Of a stretch of 64,000 bases of DNA, positions 24,506 through 36,102 are shown piece after piece. The notes below the pieces were generated by a model. It saw only the letters and a program-made list of their open reading frames with translations. It made no database searches and was not told the origin of the DNA. The translations under genes were made by a program, and so were the position numbers. The first letter of the stretch is position 1; each line of letters opens with the position of its first letter. Source of the stretch: Macrostomum lignano (taxonomy: Eukaryota); contig NIVC01000368.1 of the NCBI GenBank assembly GCA_002269645.1, positions 186,001 through 250,000 on the forward strand, written 5' to 3'.

Positions 24506-25201
24506 TTAACAGTGGAACAATGTCTTGAGAATTTTTTTCTTACTTTTCTTTTGCTTTTAATTTTTTTACTGAAAACAAAAAAAAACAAAAATGGTGTATC
24601 AAATTAATAAACATCAGTCCAGTAAAGATCTTTAATAAAATTTGGATCTAATAAACTAGGTTAGACTCTGATAAGCTACATTAAACTATATAAGTACTGT
24701 AGATAGCAAATTTAGAATAGCTTATAAGATGACTCATTATAAATAAGTACACATTAGAATATATATACTGTTAAAACTTAACTACTATGTACTACTTTAG
24801 CCTTATCTACTAAATTTAATAGATTGACACAAGCAACAAATACCAATTAGGAATATATAACTTAGTCAAGGATAGTTTATATTATATGGATGCTGAAATT
24901 ATTGAACATATCAAGTATAGTTTATAATTTTTTTCCAAGAACTCTATTATTTTAATTTTTAAGCATGTTAGAGTCCCAAATAAGTCTAGATTTTTATTCA
25001 AATAAGTAATCATAAATTTTAAGTTGTCAAGTTAAGCTTGTTGGTTAGTTATTATTAGTTATTAGTTTCTTGTTGGCTAATTAGACTTAAGCCTATACAA
25101 TTATAATACATAATGCACTATATATTACTATCTATAACACTAACAGTTATAAACAATAAGTTAACCAGTTATGATTTAGGGCCTAGGAAGGTGGTATAGG
25201 C

Positions 25202-25381
25202 CAGTGGTTCTTAACCTATGGGTCAGAACCATTTTCTTGGGGTTTCAAAACTAAGAAATGTATGAGTATATCATACTTAATAATGCATTATATAGATTAT
25301 AAAAGGGGTTGCAAACATTATAAAATAATGCAAGTAAATAAATAAATAAGGATAGCCTGAAAAAAAGGTTGAGAACTGCTG
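25202..25381. mobile_element. Old hAT/Charlie-like MITE
   Basis: CAGTGGTTCTTAACCT ... AGGTTGAGAACTGCTG termini; TSD degenerate. Confidence 0.6.
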
Positions 25382-27139
25382 GTCTATAGTTTGGATCATG
25401 GATTAGTATATGCCGGGTTAATGCCAGAAAAAATAATAAGACCTTGTTTGTACACTAGGTTTGTATGCCAACACAAAAATTTTTCATTTGACACAATGTA
25501 TCCACTGCATCATTTATGCCAGGATATACCCTGATATCTACTAAAAAATGATAAGACCCTTGTTATATGCCAGGAAATCCTAGCATACATGTTACCTTCT
25601 GAATTATGGCTACTAGAATTGGCCTAGTATACATTAAAATAAATTAATAGTAGGCCTAGGCCTAAATATATATATTTCACAAGCTACTCAAGTATTAAAA
25701 GATAGACCCCTATGATAGAAATTTCTCAATTTTAAGCTTCTTAAAATAGGGTTGATAATATAATATTATTCAACTTTTTAAGTATTAACCTAGAAATGAA
25801 GATTCAAAATTTAAATATTTATATAAGGGACTTAAGAAAAGGTCCTATGATTTGAAAATTTTCAATATATAAAAGGCAAATTCCAATAAAGAATAGGTTT
25901 TTAAAAAAAAGAATATCTTTGCAATATAGTTATATAGAATAAAAGCAAAAAGGCATTTGGCCTAGAAAAAAAGAGAAAAATACTGTCATAGAGAAAAAAC
26001 TTTTAAAGAAAATATTTACACTTAGGGTCTTAGGCTATCTAACTTACATTGGGATGATAACAAAATAGTGGTCTATATAGGCCCCTAGGGCCTATCTATC
26101 TATATTTCTATAAATAGGCCTCCCCACTGCACATGGCTGTATAGATAGCAACAGCCAACATGTGCATAACAACTGCCACCCCAGCCTAAGCCCTGTGGCA
26201 AGCAAAGCATATATTAAAATTGAAGACAAATCTAAAACCTCTTTCCCGCAATTTTAAATAAACTTGCACATTAGTCCAAGAGATCACTAACCCTTTCACT
26301 ACTGGCTTGAGCTCAGCAGTAGGCTTGTGGCTAAAGGAAAATGTAGATATAGCCCATTCATTAAAATCAGTTTGTATTCAATCCTTTGCTTTAGGCAGGC
26401 CTAAGTATTAACTGTATAGCCATAGGCCTCTTGAGAATTTGATCGACTTTATAATTATTCAATCGCAGAGAATATTGGTTCGTAACTTACTTAGTCTTAT
26501 TTTATTGAATGTTATATTAGGCCTGATTAGCTTGATTAATCTATGCCTAACTATAAACAGTGGAAATAATTCATTACGTCTAGTTAATTTATTTTGCTTA
26601 AAAACTATAAAATTCCAAAAAGGTCTTATCAAAAAAATTAGGCTGCCTCGAACGAGTCCCATCCCCTTAGCCAATACAAATCACTAATGAACACGTGCGC
26701 ATTGTAGTGTAGCTAGGATTTTATCGAAAACGAGACTGTACTTATATTTACACCTAATTTTAATTTTTATAATTTGGGAATGACAAATGTTTGACCTTTA
26801 ACTTTTGTTAGGAAATTTGTTATACCGTTTAAAATATTAACGAATACTTTATCGCGAACGTTTTTTGCAAGTTTGGTTGCGATTTTTTTAAAAAAGAGTA
26901 AAAGATGTAACAAGAAATTCGACGTGGAAAATAAAATGGTAGATAGTAAAAACTAGGAGTTTTATTGTACCTGCTGACTGATACTTGGTGTTATTCTTTG
27001 CAATCTCCATGCGCTTTGCAGTATCTGGCCGGAGATTGCAAGACAAGTGTGACTTTGCTTTGCGATCTCCAGTCCCAGACAACGCAAGGCATAACATGGC
27101 AAAAGCGACTCTAAACCAAGTGTTCTTTTTCGAGCTCGT

Positions 27140-27400
27140 ATTGAACGACTACGTTCAATATTCCCGGAGACTTGCCGGCCAAGTGAGGGACAATTTGAAG
27201 CGCAAAATTCGAGAGAAAAGTAAATTATAAAGCCTCTTCTTCCAAGACGGTCAATTGTTCTAAAAAGTGAGAAACCGGAACTGTGGCAAGAAAAGGCACC
27301 CGGAACAATAGCGGCGTGTGCTCTTTACGGAGGATGAATTCAGGGAAAAGATCAAAACACTACACGTCGAGGCATATTAAATGGGAATAAAGAGCGCCCT
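27140..27400 (+). pseudogene. Fragment resembling the N-terminus of a Gin/Ginger-type integrase
   Basis: KRKIREKSK..FQDGQLF..RRVLFTEDEFREKIKTLH, broken by stops. Confidence 0.35.
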
Positions 27401-27574
27401 TGGCCTCTTTTACTCCGTCATTTTACAATGAAAAATGAATTTTACAATGAAAATATGGGGGAATGGGGGCTTTAGGGTGGGGAGATTCTTAATGGGGATT
27501 GATTTATATATCTAAACTTCTATAGCGGCATGGGGGTTCTATTGAAGATTTCCCAGTCAAAGCAATGCCGTTGC

Positions 27575-27735
27575 CTCGACGTCGCTAACACGTCGCAAAA
27601 TAACGTCGCCAAACTAGCCATTTTGTCGCGCGCGGCGACGTCGCCATTACGACCCCAGGCGACGTCAGAATTTCACGTACTGGCGACCAAACGGCGACCA
27701 TCTATTACAGATTGCTTAGCACCTTTAATATAGTG
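27575..27735. mobile_element. Isolated CACTA-like terminus
   Basis: Clustered CGACGTCGC/GGCGACC subterminal motifs ending in TAGTG at 27735; no partner end found. Confidence 0.4.
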
Positions 27736-28308
27736 CAAATCTCGAAATCATAATTCAATTAATTTTTACTAAGATTATAGATGAAATTAAACGAAGATTA
27801 ATAAGCTACCTCGCTCTGGTTAAATATCTTGATTGAATTTATAAATTATTCAATATAATTCAATTAAAAAGGTTTTTTGTTGGTTAATTCAGTTATTTTT
27901 ATCAGAAAAGTAATTTTTACATAGTTACACTCAAAGACAAATGATTTTTAATTTACAAATGCATTTTGAAGTGCAGATATTTCACTCACTGAGAAGGGTC
28001 AAAGGGACAATAAAAAAGTGTCAAACGAAATTGCTCCAGATTTCACAGTTAAACCTTACAACATGTTGGCAGCATAATTATTACTTAAATCGAACCATTT
28101 CCTTCTCATCAAGTCCGCTCACCAACATAATACTGCTAACAGCGGGAAAGCCCGCAGAAATGAGTGATACTAAAAATAACTACAGCATTCCGCTATTTCC
28201 AGCTGCGCAACCTTAGCCAATCCAGGAGAAGCGCTACTTTTGATTGAATTACATTGTTAACCATTTATTAGGCGCACAGAAACCGAGGACACCCGCAAGC
28301 TATCGGCA

Positions 28309-29289
28309 TTGGTCGCCCAGATGGAGGCGACGATCAAGACAGTGAACAACAGACCGCAACAGCCATGGAACAATCCACGCCAGCAAAGCGGAAACGCCGC
28401 GACAAGCTGCCAGTTATGTCACAAGCAGGGACATACGGCAGACAGGTGCTATCAGCGCAACCGACAGCAAGGCGCTAGCCCAGGAAGCAGCCGTCAACAG
28501 CCACAAGGAGCCAGAGGCACCAGCAGAAACTGCAACAATTGCGGTAAGCCTGGCCATTTGGCCGCTCAGTGCCGACGTTATTGTCACCATTGTAAGCAGA
28601 AGTCTCACTGGACAGTTGAATGCGACCGCCCGAGCCCCCAGAGACAGGGCCAACCGGCTCAGCGTCAAGGATACCCGAGCAACAGGAATAACGGCTATCA
28701 AGGTCCTCAGCACAATAACGGCTACCAAGGTCCTCAATACAACAACGGCCGACCAAATCAGCAACGGCAACCACGACAAATCGCGGAAGTAACCGAGGAA
28801 CAACCTCAGCAACAGCCACCGGCAGACATTCTAGCTGTGTCCACCCAGGAAGAAGAGAAAACAGCGGAACCAGTGGTGACTCGCGACGACATCATTCAAG
28901 CTCGACGACAGCTCCGCAAAGCAGCAAAGGTCAAGATTGGCTACAATATAGCGGTGACACCAACACCGCAACCACGGCAAACCGCAGAAGTAACCAAGGA
29001 GCAGCCTCAGCAACAGCCACCGACGGACACTCCAGCAGAGTCAACCAAGCAAGAAGAGACAGTTACGGAACCAGTGGTAACCCGCGACGACATCATTCAA
29101 GCCAGGCGACAACTTCGCAAGGCAGTCAAGGTCAAGATCGGCCACATCACGACGGCGACACCAACACCGCGCTCCGAGAGCGACCGGACTGAGAAGCAAG
29201 AGCGACCACGAAAGATCGAGAAATGTCCTGACACTGACGAGCCCAAGCCACAGATAGCGATTCGACAGCCGAGAACTACACCGACATGA
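28309..29289 (+). CDS. gag: Gag C-terminal part: three CCHC zinc knuckles and a duplicated 67-aa module
   Basis: CQLCHKQGHTADRC, CNNCGKPGHLAAQC, CHHCKQKSHWTVEC; ends at TGA 29287-29289. Confidence 0.9.
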   Translation: MVAQMEATIKTVNNRPQQPWNNPRQQSGNAATSCQLCHKQGHTADRCYQRNRQQGASPGSSRQQPQGARGTSRNCNNCGKPGHLAAQCRRYCHHCKQKSHWTVECDRPSPQRQGQPAQRQGYPSNRNNGYQGPQHNNGYQGPQYNNGRPNQQRQPRQIAEVTEEQPQQQPPADILAVSTQEEEKTAEPVVTRDDIIQARRQLRKAAKVKIGYNIAVTPTPQPRQTAEVTKEQPQQQPPTDTPAESTKQEETVTEPVVTRDDIIQARRQLRKAVKVKIGHITTATPTPRSESDRTEKQERPRKIEKCPDTDEPKPQIAIRQPRTTPT

Positions 29290-31209
29290 AGCCAAAGCCG
29301 ACGAACAGCCTCAACCACAGGATGGCTGCTGCGAATACTACTGCTCGCACTGTTCTGCACCGCGGCTGGCAACGCGACAACGGCACAGCACAGCAGCTAC
29401 GTGGACACACCGCTCTACTGCCCAGAAGCGAACAGCCTTCAAGCCTTCAAATTGCCTCCGGACATCGAATGCACAGTCCCGAGTAGCATTCAACAGCATC
29501 GGCAACCGATCAACATCACAGTCTACAAGGAGAACCAGGTATCACACCGGTCTACACTGAAGATATGTTACCGAGAGACCTACACGTTCACGAGTAAGCC
29601 AAAAGATTCCGCTCTTAACCGTCTTTCAACGGAGATGGTAAGTCCAGCCATGACTGTTACTGTGCAACAACATTCAGTTTCGAAGGACGATTGTAAAACA
29701 TGGGAAGAAAACACCCGAACCCAAGATGGGACGTTAGAACCAGGAGCTAAAACTATGGGACAAGCCAAACGATTCATTACCCATAAGTGGACAACCCAGG
29801 AATTGGAACCTACAGCCAGCACAGCTCAAACCTTTACTCAAACAGTGTCAGTCCTAATCACCCAGGTCTCATTCTTTGTGGAAGAGAAAAAGATGTCTTC
29901 GTTAGCCCTCCCTATAGGTCAATGCGACTACAAGACAGGAACCTGTACCACGACTACTAGCCTCACGGCAGAGAAGGACTCGCCACTGAACCGACAGGCA
30001 CCAGACAGACTCTGGGCCGTAATGGAATACTATGATCTCAGCTACACAGTGAGAGGAGATAGACAATACCGCCTAGTATGGACACCCAGCGCAGAAATAG
30101 ACTGCCCCTATCAAACAGACAGATTCATTCAAGGCAAAATTCACACTGGATGGTTCATGTCTAACGACGCTACGTTTGCCCTCACATTCAAACACCCACC
30201 TCAGACTAAGGACTTAAAATGTGGAGACACGACAGTAAAGCTATACAAGTCGGAACAAGGTAAACTAGTCCAGGTGCACGGCTCAGACCAAGAGTTTCGC
30301 AGCATAATTGAAGGCTCATTTAACAATTCAAGCACTGCTAAGAGACCAAAACGAGACCTCACATCGGACACAACGCTAGCAGCAAAATTACAAGGGCTAG
30401 AACTCACAATGGAAGACAGAATAGGCGACCTTACTCGAAACATGATACTACAACAATGCAAGCATCAGCAAACACTGTTTCGGTACATAAAAGATCTCTT
30501 TCTCATGCAGCCCACCCTAGCAGCGCGCACTTTGTTCAAAGACAGCCAATTAAAAGCCACCACGCTAGCACAGCATGTAGTCATTTCTAAGTGTCTACCC
30601 ATCAGAAACTTTCGTTTTCACCAACCAAGATGGGATGAGAATATCTGCTTTACCAAACCACCAATTGCCTTCACTATATTCAACATGAACCACACAGGCT
30701 TTCTAGATATCAGAACCCTGGAAGTCCAAAAGGAACACCCGCCGTTTCACGATTGTTCTAACCAAACGTCGTATTTTCTACCAAAAGGAGACGAAATCTA
30801 CAAAACAGACCTCAACTTTACGAAATTTACTGTGCAAACGGTCACTAAGCTAGAAAGAGAAGCGTGGGGGGTAACCCTCATAAAACCCCCAGAGATTCAG
30901 CATGTCATATTCACTCCTGATGGAGACATCAGGATAGCCGATCTCAAAAGCCCTGTCACAGTACACGACCTGTACAACCAGCTAAGTGACCAGAGAGAGT
31001 TCTTAAGAACTGTTTTCAAACTGCCCAAGTCAGAAACCTCTCACTCTATACATCTTCCACCGTTAGATGCCACCATAGCGGAAGGCACCTTTGATCCAGC
31101 AAGTTGGCTACCATGGCTAGGCATGCGAGTGAATCTTTTCGATATCGCTGTAGGAGTAGCTGCCATTGGATTCTACATATATCTTTTATACCAAATGATC
31201 CTTATCTGC
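29290..31209 (+). CDS. env: Env-like class III (gB/chuvirus G-like) fusion glycoprotein region of the polyprotein
   Basis: Signal-like WLLRILLLALFCTAAG (29323-29370); N-glycosylation sequons NIT, NNS, NHT, NQT, NFT; furin site RPKR (30343-30354); gB-like helix AAKLQ...QCKHQQ...QPTLAARTL...ATTLAQHVVISKC; TM 31144-31209. Confidence 0.8.
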
Positions 31210-31499
31210 CACAGACTCAACAAACAAAAGTACCAACGTCCTGGCATCCGCACGATCCAGCGCAAAGCTGCTGCAAAGCAAGAACAGCAGGAGCTACAGG
31301 AGTTAAGAGCACCGCTAGTAACGAACTCGACAAGCCAGAACACGCGGCAGGAGACCACGACAACCAGACAGGCACCACAGCGCCCGCCACCGTGGACGCC
31401 ACCAGCACCAGCATCAACAGGACTCTACCCGAAGATAGAGTCCAGTTGGCCACCTCCGATGGTGGCGACGATCAACAACGGCCAGAAGCAGAAGTACAC

Positions 31500-34400
31500 A
31501 ATCACCCGACTTCAAGTGGGAACGCGATCCTGCCGAGCCCTGATCGACAGTGGAGCCGAACGATCCTTAATCGACGAAACCACAGCAAAGCGATACGGCA
31601 AGACCTTCAAGCCGGCCACAGTTGAACTGCAAGGAGTACAAGGCTCACGACTACAGCAATCCGGCATGATCAACCTCCCTGTGGAAGCTGGCGACACCAC
31701 GGCTGACGTTGAGTTCCATGTTATTCCTAATTTGAGTTCAGGAACTTATCAAGTCTTATTAGGCATCGATTACTTATCTCAACTAAATCAGGGCGTGCTC
31801 GTAAACTATCAGCAACAGAATATCCATCTCAACGGAAAATGCTATGACATCCTCGCTATCACTACAAAAGAACCCGTTAACTGCATCAGATTAGTCTCTA
31901 CAGTCAATCTCAATCCATGGGAAACAACTCGAATTTCCGCAAGAGCCATCGCCAGAGAGAAACTACCTCCAGCTATGCTTTTCGAACCCAACGAACGTAT
32001 CCTGGAGAAGAAACCCATTTGCCTTACACCCGAATTGGTATACCCTGACGAGTCAGGAGAGGTTCAAGTCATCATTTCAAACGAATCGGCAACCCCAATG
32101 ACACTATATCCAGACACCAACATAGGATCTTTCGATACAGAAATCCAAGCCTTTGAAATTGCTGAAATCCAGTCAGAAACCCCAACAATGACGGAACAAG
32201 AATTCAAGAACGCCATTGATCTCAAAGGATCCAACCTGACAGAATCCCAGAAAGAACAGCTCATTAAGGTTCTCTGGGACAACAAGAAAGCCTTTTGCCT
32301 ATCCGAGGAGGAAATAGGATACACAGATGTAGCGAAACACGAGCTTCACATTAAGCCTAACGTGGAGATTAAGCTCAACAAACGATACCCAATCCCATAC
32401 CAACTCACGGGAGAACTCCAGAAGATCATCGATAGAATGGAAATGCAAGGAATTCTTAGAAAAGCAGCCACCCCGTACATCTCACCAATTCTACTGGTCA
32501 AGAAGAAACCGGAATCGCCTCAAGCCAAACCAGTGTACCGTCTCTGTGTTGATTTTCGGGACCTCAACCAAATCCTGGTCCCAGAAAGGCAATGTATGCC
32601 CCGAATCCCAGACCTCTTAGCCAAATTAAAGGGATCAGAATATTTCACTACTCTCGACATGGCGCAAGCATTTTTTCAAGTGGCGCTAGAAGAAGAAAGT
32701 CAGAAGTATTGTGGCATCTCCACGCCCGACGGACAAACTTACGTCTTCACCAGAGCCCCAATGGGTCTACAAACCTCACCAGCAGCCCTCTCTAGAGCAG
32801 CTAGCTTAATCCTTCAAGGGATTAACAGAGTCTCAACATACGTAGACGACCTACTTGTCTTCAATGAGACATTTGAAGACCATCTCGAGACATTGAAAGC
32901 TACACTAGAAGCTCTAGGAAAGTACGGCATGAAATTGAAATTACAAAAGTGCAAATTCGCTAAGCCCACAATCACATTCCTAGGACATAAGATAGACAAA
33001 AATGGAATACAGATTGATAGAGCTTTAGTCGACAAAGTGCAGAAGGTACCAAAGCCACAAAATGTCACACAGCTCAGATGTTTCCTAGGACTCTGCAATT
33101 TCTTTCGCAAACACGTACCTAACTACGCCAAGAAAGCCAAGCCACTCACAGACCTGCTTAAGGGCACACCGAACACTAAGGCTCAAGCATCCAAAACCCC
33201 ACTAAAGTGGACAGAAGAAGCGACCCAGACCTTTGAAGACATGAAAAAATGGATAGCAGAAGATCTCAGGCTCACTCACCCTGACTTTAATAAACAGTTC
33301 ATTGTCTCCAGCGACGCTTCTACAAAAGGCATAGGCGCAATGCTCTCACAGAAAGATGAGACAGGAAAAGAAAAACCAATAGCATTCACGAGTCGACAAC
33401 TGAGAGAGGCAGAGACAAGATATGCGGTCACCCATTTAGAACTCTTAGCCGTCTTTTACGCATTCAAGACATTCGAACAATTTCTGTACGCAGCGCAAAT
33501 ACCCACATTGCTAAGAATAGATCATGCACCACTCAGAGGTCTACTCACAGGGAAAACCCTGCGGAACAATCAAGTACTCAGATGGCTTCTATATTTACAA
33601 CAGTTTCAAATGCAAATTGAGTACGTCCCAGGCGCATCCACCAAACACGCAGTCCCAGATGCACTCTCAAGACTATATGAGGACCAAGAGACACCCATTA
33701 ACTTTGTCACGATCAAGCACCCGATACCACACCTGCAAGCCTTAAAAGAGGCTCAAGCAGAAGACCCATTCTGCCAAGGCATTCGAGCACTATGGGAACA
33801 AAAGCCCATGGATGACAGCTTAGCTATGAGATACAAAAGACACATCCAGCGACATCTATCGGACTATGCGGACATTCACGGAATCATCCACAGGACAGCA
33901 GATCACACCCAACAAATAGTGCTCCCATTCAAGTACCGTGAAACAATCTGCCACTCGTTACATGCACTACCACTAGCAGCGCATTTAGGCTTTGACAAAA
34001 CCCTAGAAAGAATTAGGCGACACTATTTTTGGATCTCAATGGTTTCCGATATTCGAACCTTTTGTCAAGACTGCATGGATTGCGCTAAGAACAAATCTGG
34101 CCAACTGCATAAGGGACTCATCCAAATGCCTGAAATTCCGATGAAACCAATGGACAAGCTATCAGTAGACCTAGTAGGACCCATGGTCCCCACGAAAATC
34201 CGGAACGAGACCGTCACCCACATCCTGACTATCCTGTGTTGTTTTTCAAAATTCGCCTTTGCATTCCCGATTCCAGATCTATCAGCAGAAACCACAGCCG
34301 AAACTTTGTTCCAAGTCTTCTGTACGTTTGGAATCCCGATGGAAATTTCCACCGATAATGGAAAAAATTTCACGGCATCGCTATTAGCTGAAGCTCTAGA

Positions 34401-35160
34401 AATTCTGGGAGTCAAGCACATCTTCTCGTCTACCTACCATCCGCAAGCAAACCACGTAGAGAGACTACACTCTACCCTACATAACATGCTTAGACATTAC
34501 ACTGCGGAGAATCCAAACGAATGGCATAAATATCTATCAGCCACAATCTACGCCTACAATACAGCCAAGCAATCCTCTTCAACCTATTCTCCCTTCGAAT
34601 TGGTTTTCGCGAGGAAACCCCTGATGCCCACAGAGCTCACAACTCAGCTGAACCTAGTAAGATACATGGATGAGCCGTCCTACGCAGCCCGAATGCAAGA
34701 AGCTATCACCCTGGCTAGAGACATAGCCAGACACCATCTCAAAGTGGCCCAGGAAAAGAACACAAGCAGAGCTAACAAAAACCGAATGGCCCCTACATTA
34801 GCCATAGGCACCAGAGTGATGCTACAGATCCCAATGAGACAGGGAAAGCATCAAGCCAAGTTCACGGGTCCATACGAAATTGTGAAAAGAAATAGTGCCA
34901 CGTCCGTAATGATAAGGAAAATTGACGATCCGACTCAAGAACCCTTTCAGGTGCACACGGACAGGCTAAAGCCAATAGCATCGCCAACACCCAAGGTACT
35001 GCTCCCCGATCTGCGCCCGAGTGATCCGCGAAGACTGCAACGCCAACACAGGCAACTGTTCAGCAAGGAAGTGGGCGTACAAGCTGATGACGAGACGCTC
35101 GCGGACACAGTTCGAAAGAAGTACAATCTGAGGAGCAAACCCATACTCCTAGACAAATGA
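31500..35160 (+). CDS. pol: Pol region (aspartic protease, RT, RNase H, integrase), in frame with env
   Basis: ALIDSGA (D at 31546), LDMAQAFFQV, YVDDLL (32839), SDAS, LHALPLAAHLG..CQDC, SVDLVGP, STDNG, HVERLH, YNLR; no stop from 29290 to 35157. Confidence 0.95.
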
Positions 35161-35319
35161 TGTCAGGAGATGGGGGAGAGTACAGAGACTATAAAGACTA
35201 TTTTATTTACGTATTCATTCGTTGGCGTGCTGTGCACACTAGATATAGATATCCACACTAACTATTTACTCAAATATCAATACTTAATTTTACCCTTCTA
35301 AAATTACTCATTATACCAG

Positions 35320-36102
35320 ATGTATGACCGACAGCTCGATACGCTAGATGACTGTACCCTGGGAGACGAAGATACCCAGACACCGTGTCCTATAGTTCGA
35401 CCTCTCTTCAAGCCAACATCTCACACCGAAACCGATGACCCTAAGTGGCCCGAGCAAGATATGTCAACATGGACAGAACAACAGCTGGACAAGCTACGAC
35501 AGGAATGGCAACGACGCCGACCTACGCTCCCACGACAAGCAAGCACGGCAACATCGGCGAGCAACGATTTCCACCAGGCTAAAACACTCGCAGAGCGATT
35601 CCAAACAGCTCTGGCGGCACAGACGGTAGTTCAAAGCAAGCCGGCGCGGTATGATGAAACGAAACTGTTTGACATTCACCAGCAGATGCTTGACATGCCA
35701 CTAATACCCGCTAACATCGTCACACACCTTACTACGCGACGCATCCTGTCAGATCCTAAAGACCCACGCTGGTTACTCTCTGACTATTCTATCTTGAACT
35801 TCAACACGACGCTCTTTTTCCTCTACGACGACACAGCTGCGTTCTCTTGTCTCCGTATCATAGTATGGAACAGCAGGGTGACGACAACCCTAATCCATCC
35901 TCGTGGACCGACCAGCACACTATCACTCCAAGCCGACATGCTTATCACTTATCTACTCAACACCTTAAATTATCACGGCATCGAAATCAAACCCAAGGAA
36001 CGGCAATCGATAGCCACGATTGCGTATTCACCGGCCAACCTACAATGGCACCACCTTTTCACAGCGTTGAAAGCAGCAGAAGGCCCCAACCTGGACCCTT
36101 GA
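35320..36102 (+). CDS. Accessory ORF3 of element B (260 aa), unknown function
   Basis: ATG immediately follows a polypyrimidine/CCAG acceptor (35318-35319). Confidence 0.7.
   Translation: MYDRQLDTLDDCTLGDEDTQTPCPIVRPLFKPTSHTETDDPKWPEQDMSTWTEQQLDKLRQEWQRRRPTLPRQASTATSASNDFHQAKTLAERFQTALAAQTVVQSKPARYDETKLFDIHQQMLDMPLIPANIVTHLTTRRILSDPKDPRWLLSDYSILNFNTTLFFLYDDTAAFSCLRIIVWNSRVTTTLIHPRGPTSTLSLQADMLITYLLNTLNYHGIEIKPKERQSIATIAYSPANLQWHHLFTALKAAEGPNLDP

Noticed and set aside
23813-24607. 264-aa plus-strand ORF
   Set aside because: Antisense to the PALB2-like exon, which has the recognisable motifs and splice sites
29286-29486. 66-aa ORF starting at the ATG overlapping the gag stop, as the env start
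   Set aside because: It is out of frame with env and lacks the hydrophobic signal, which lies in the gag/env-pol frame
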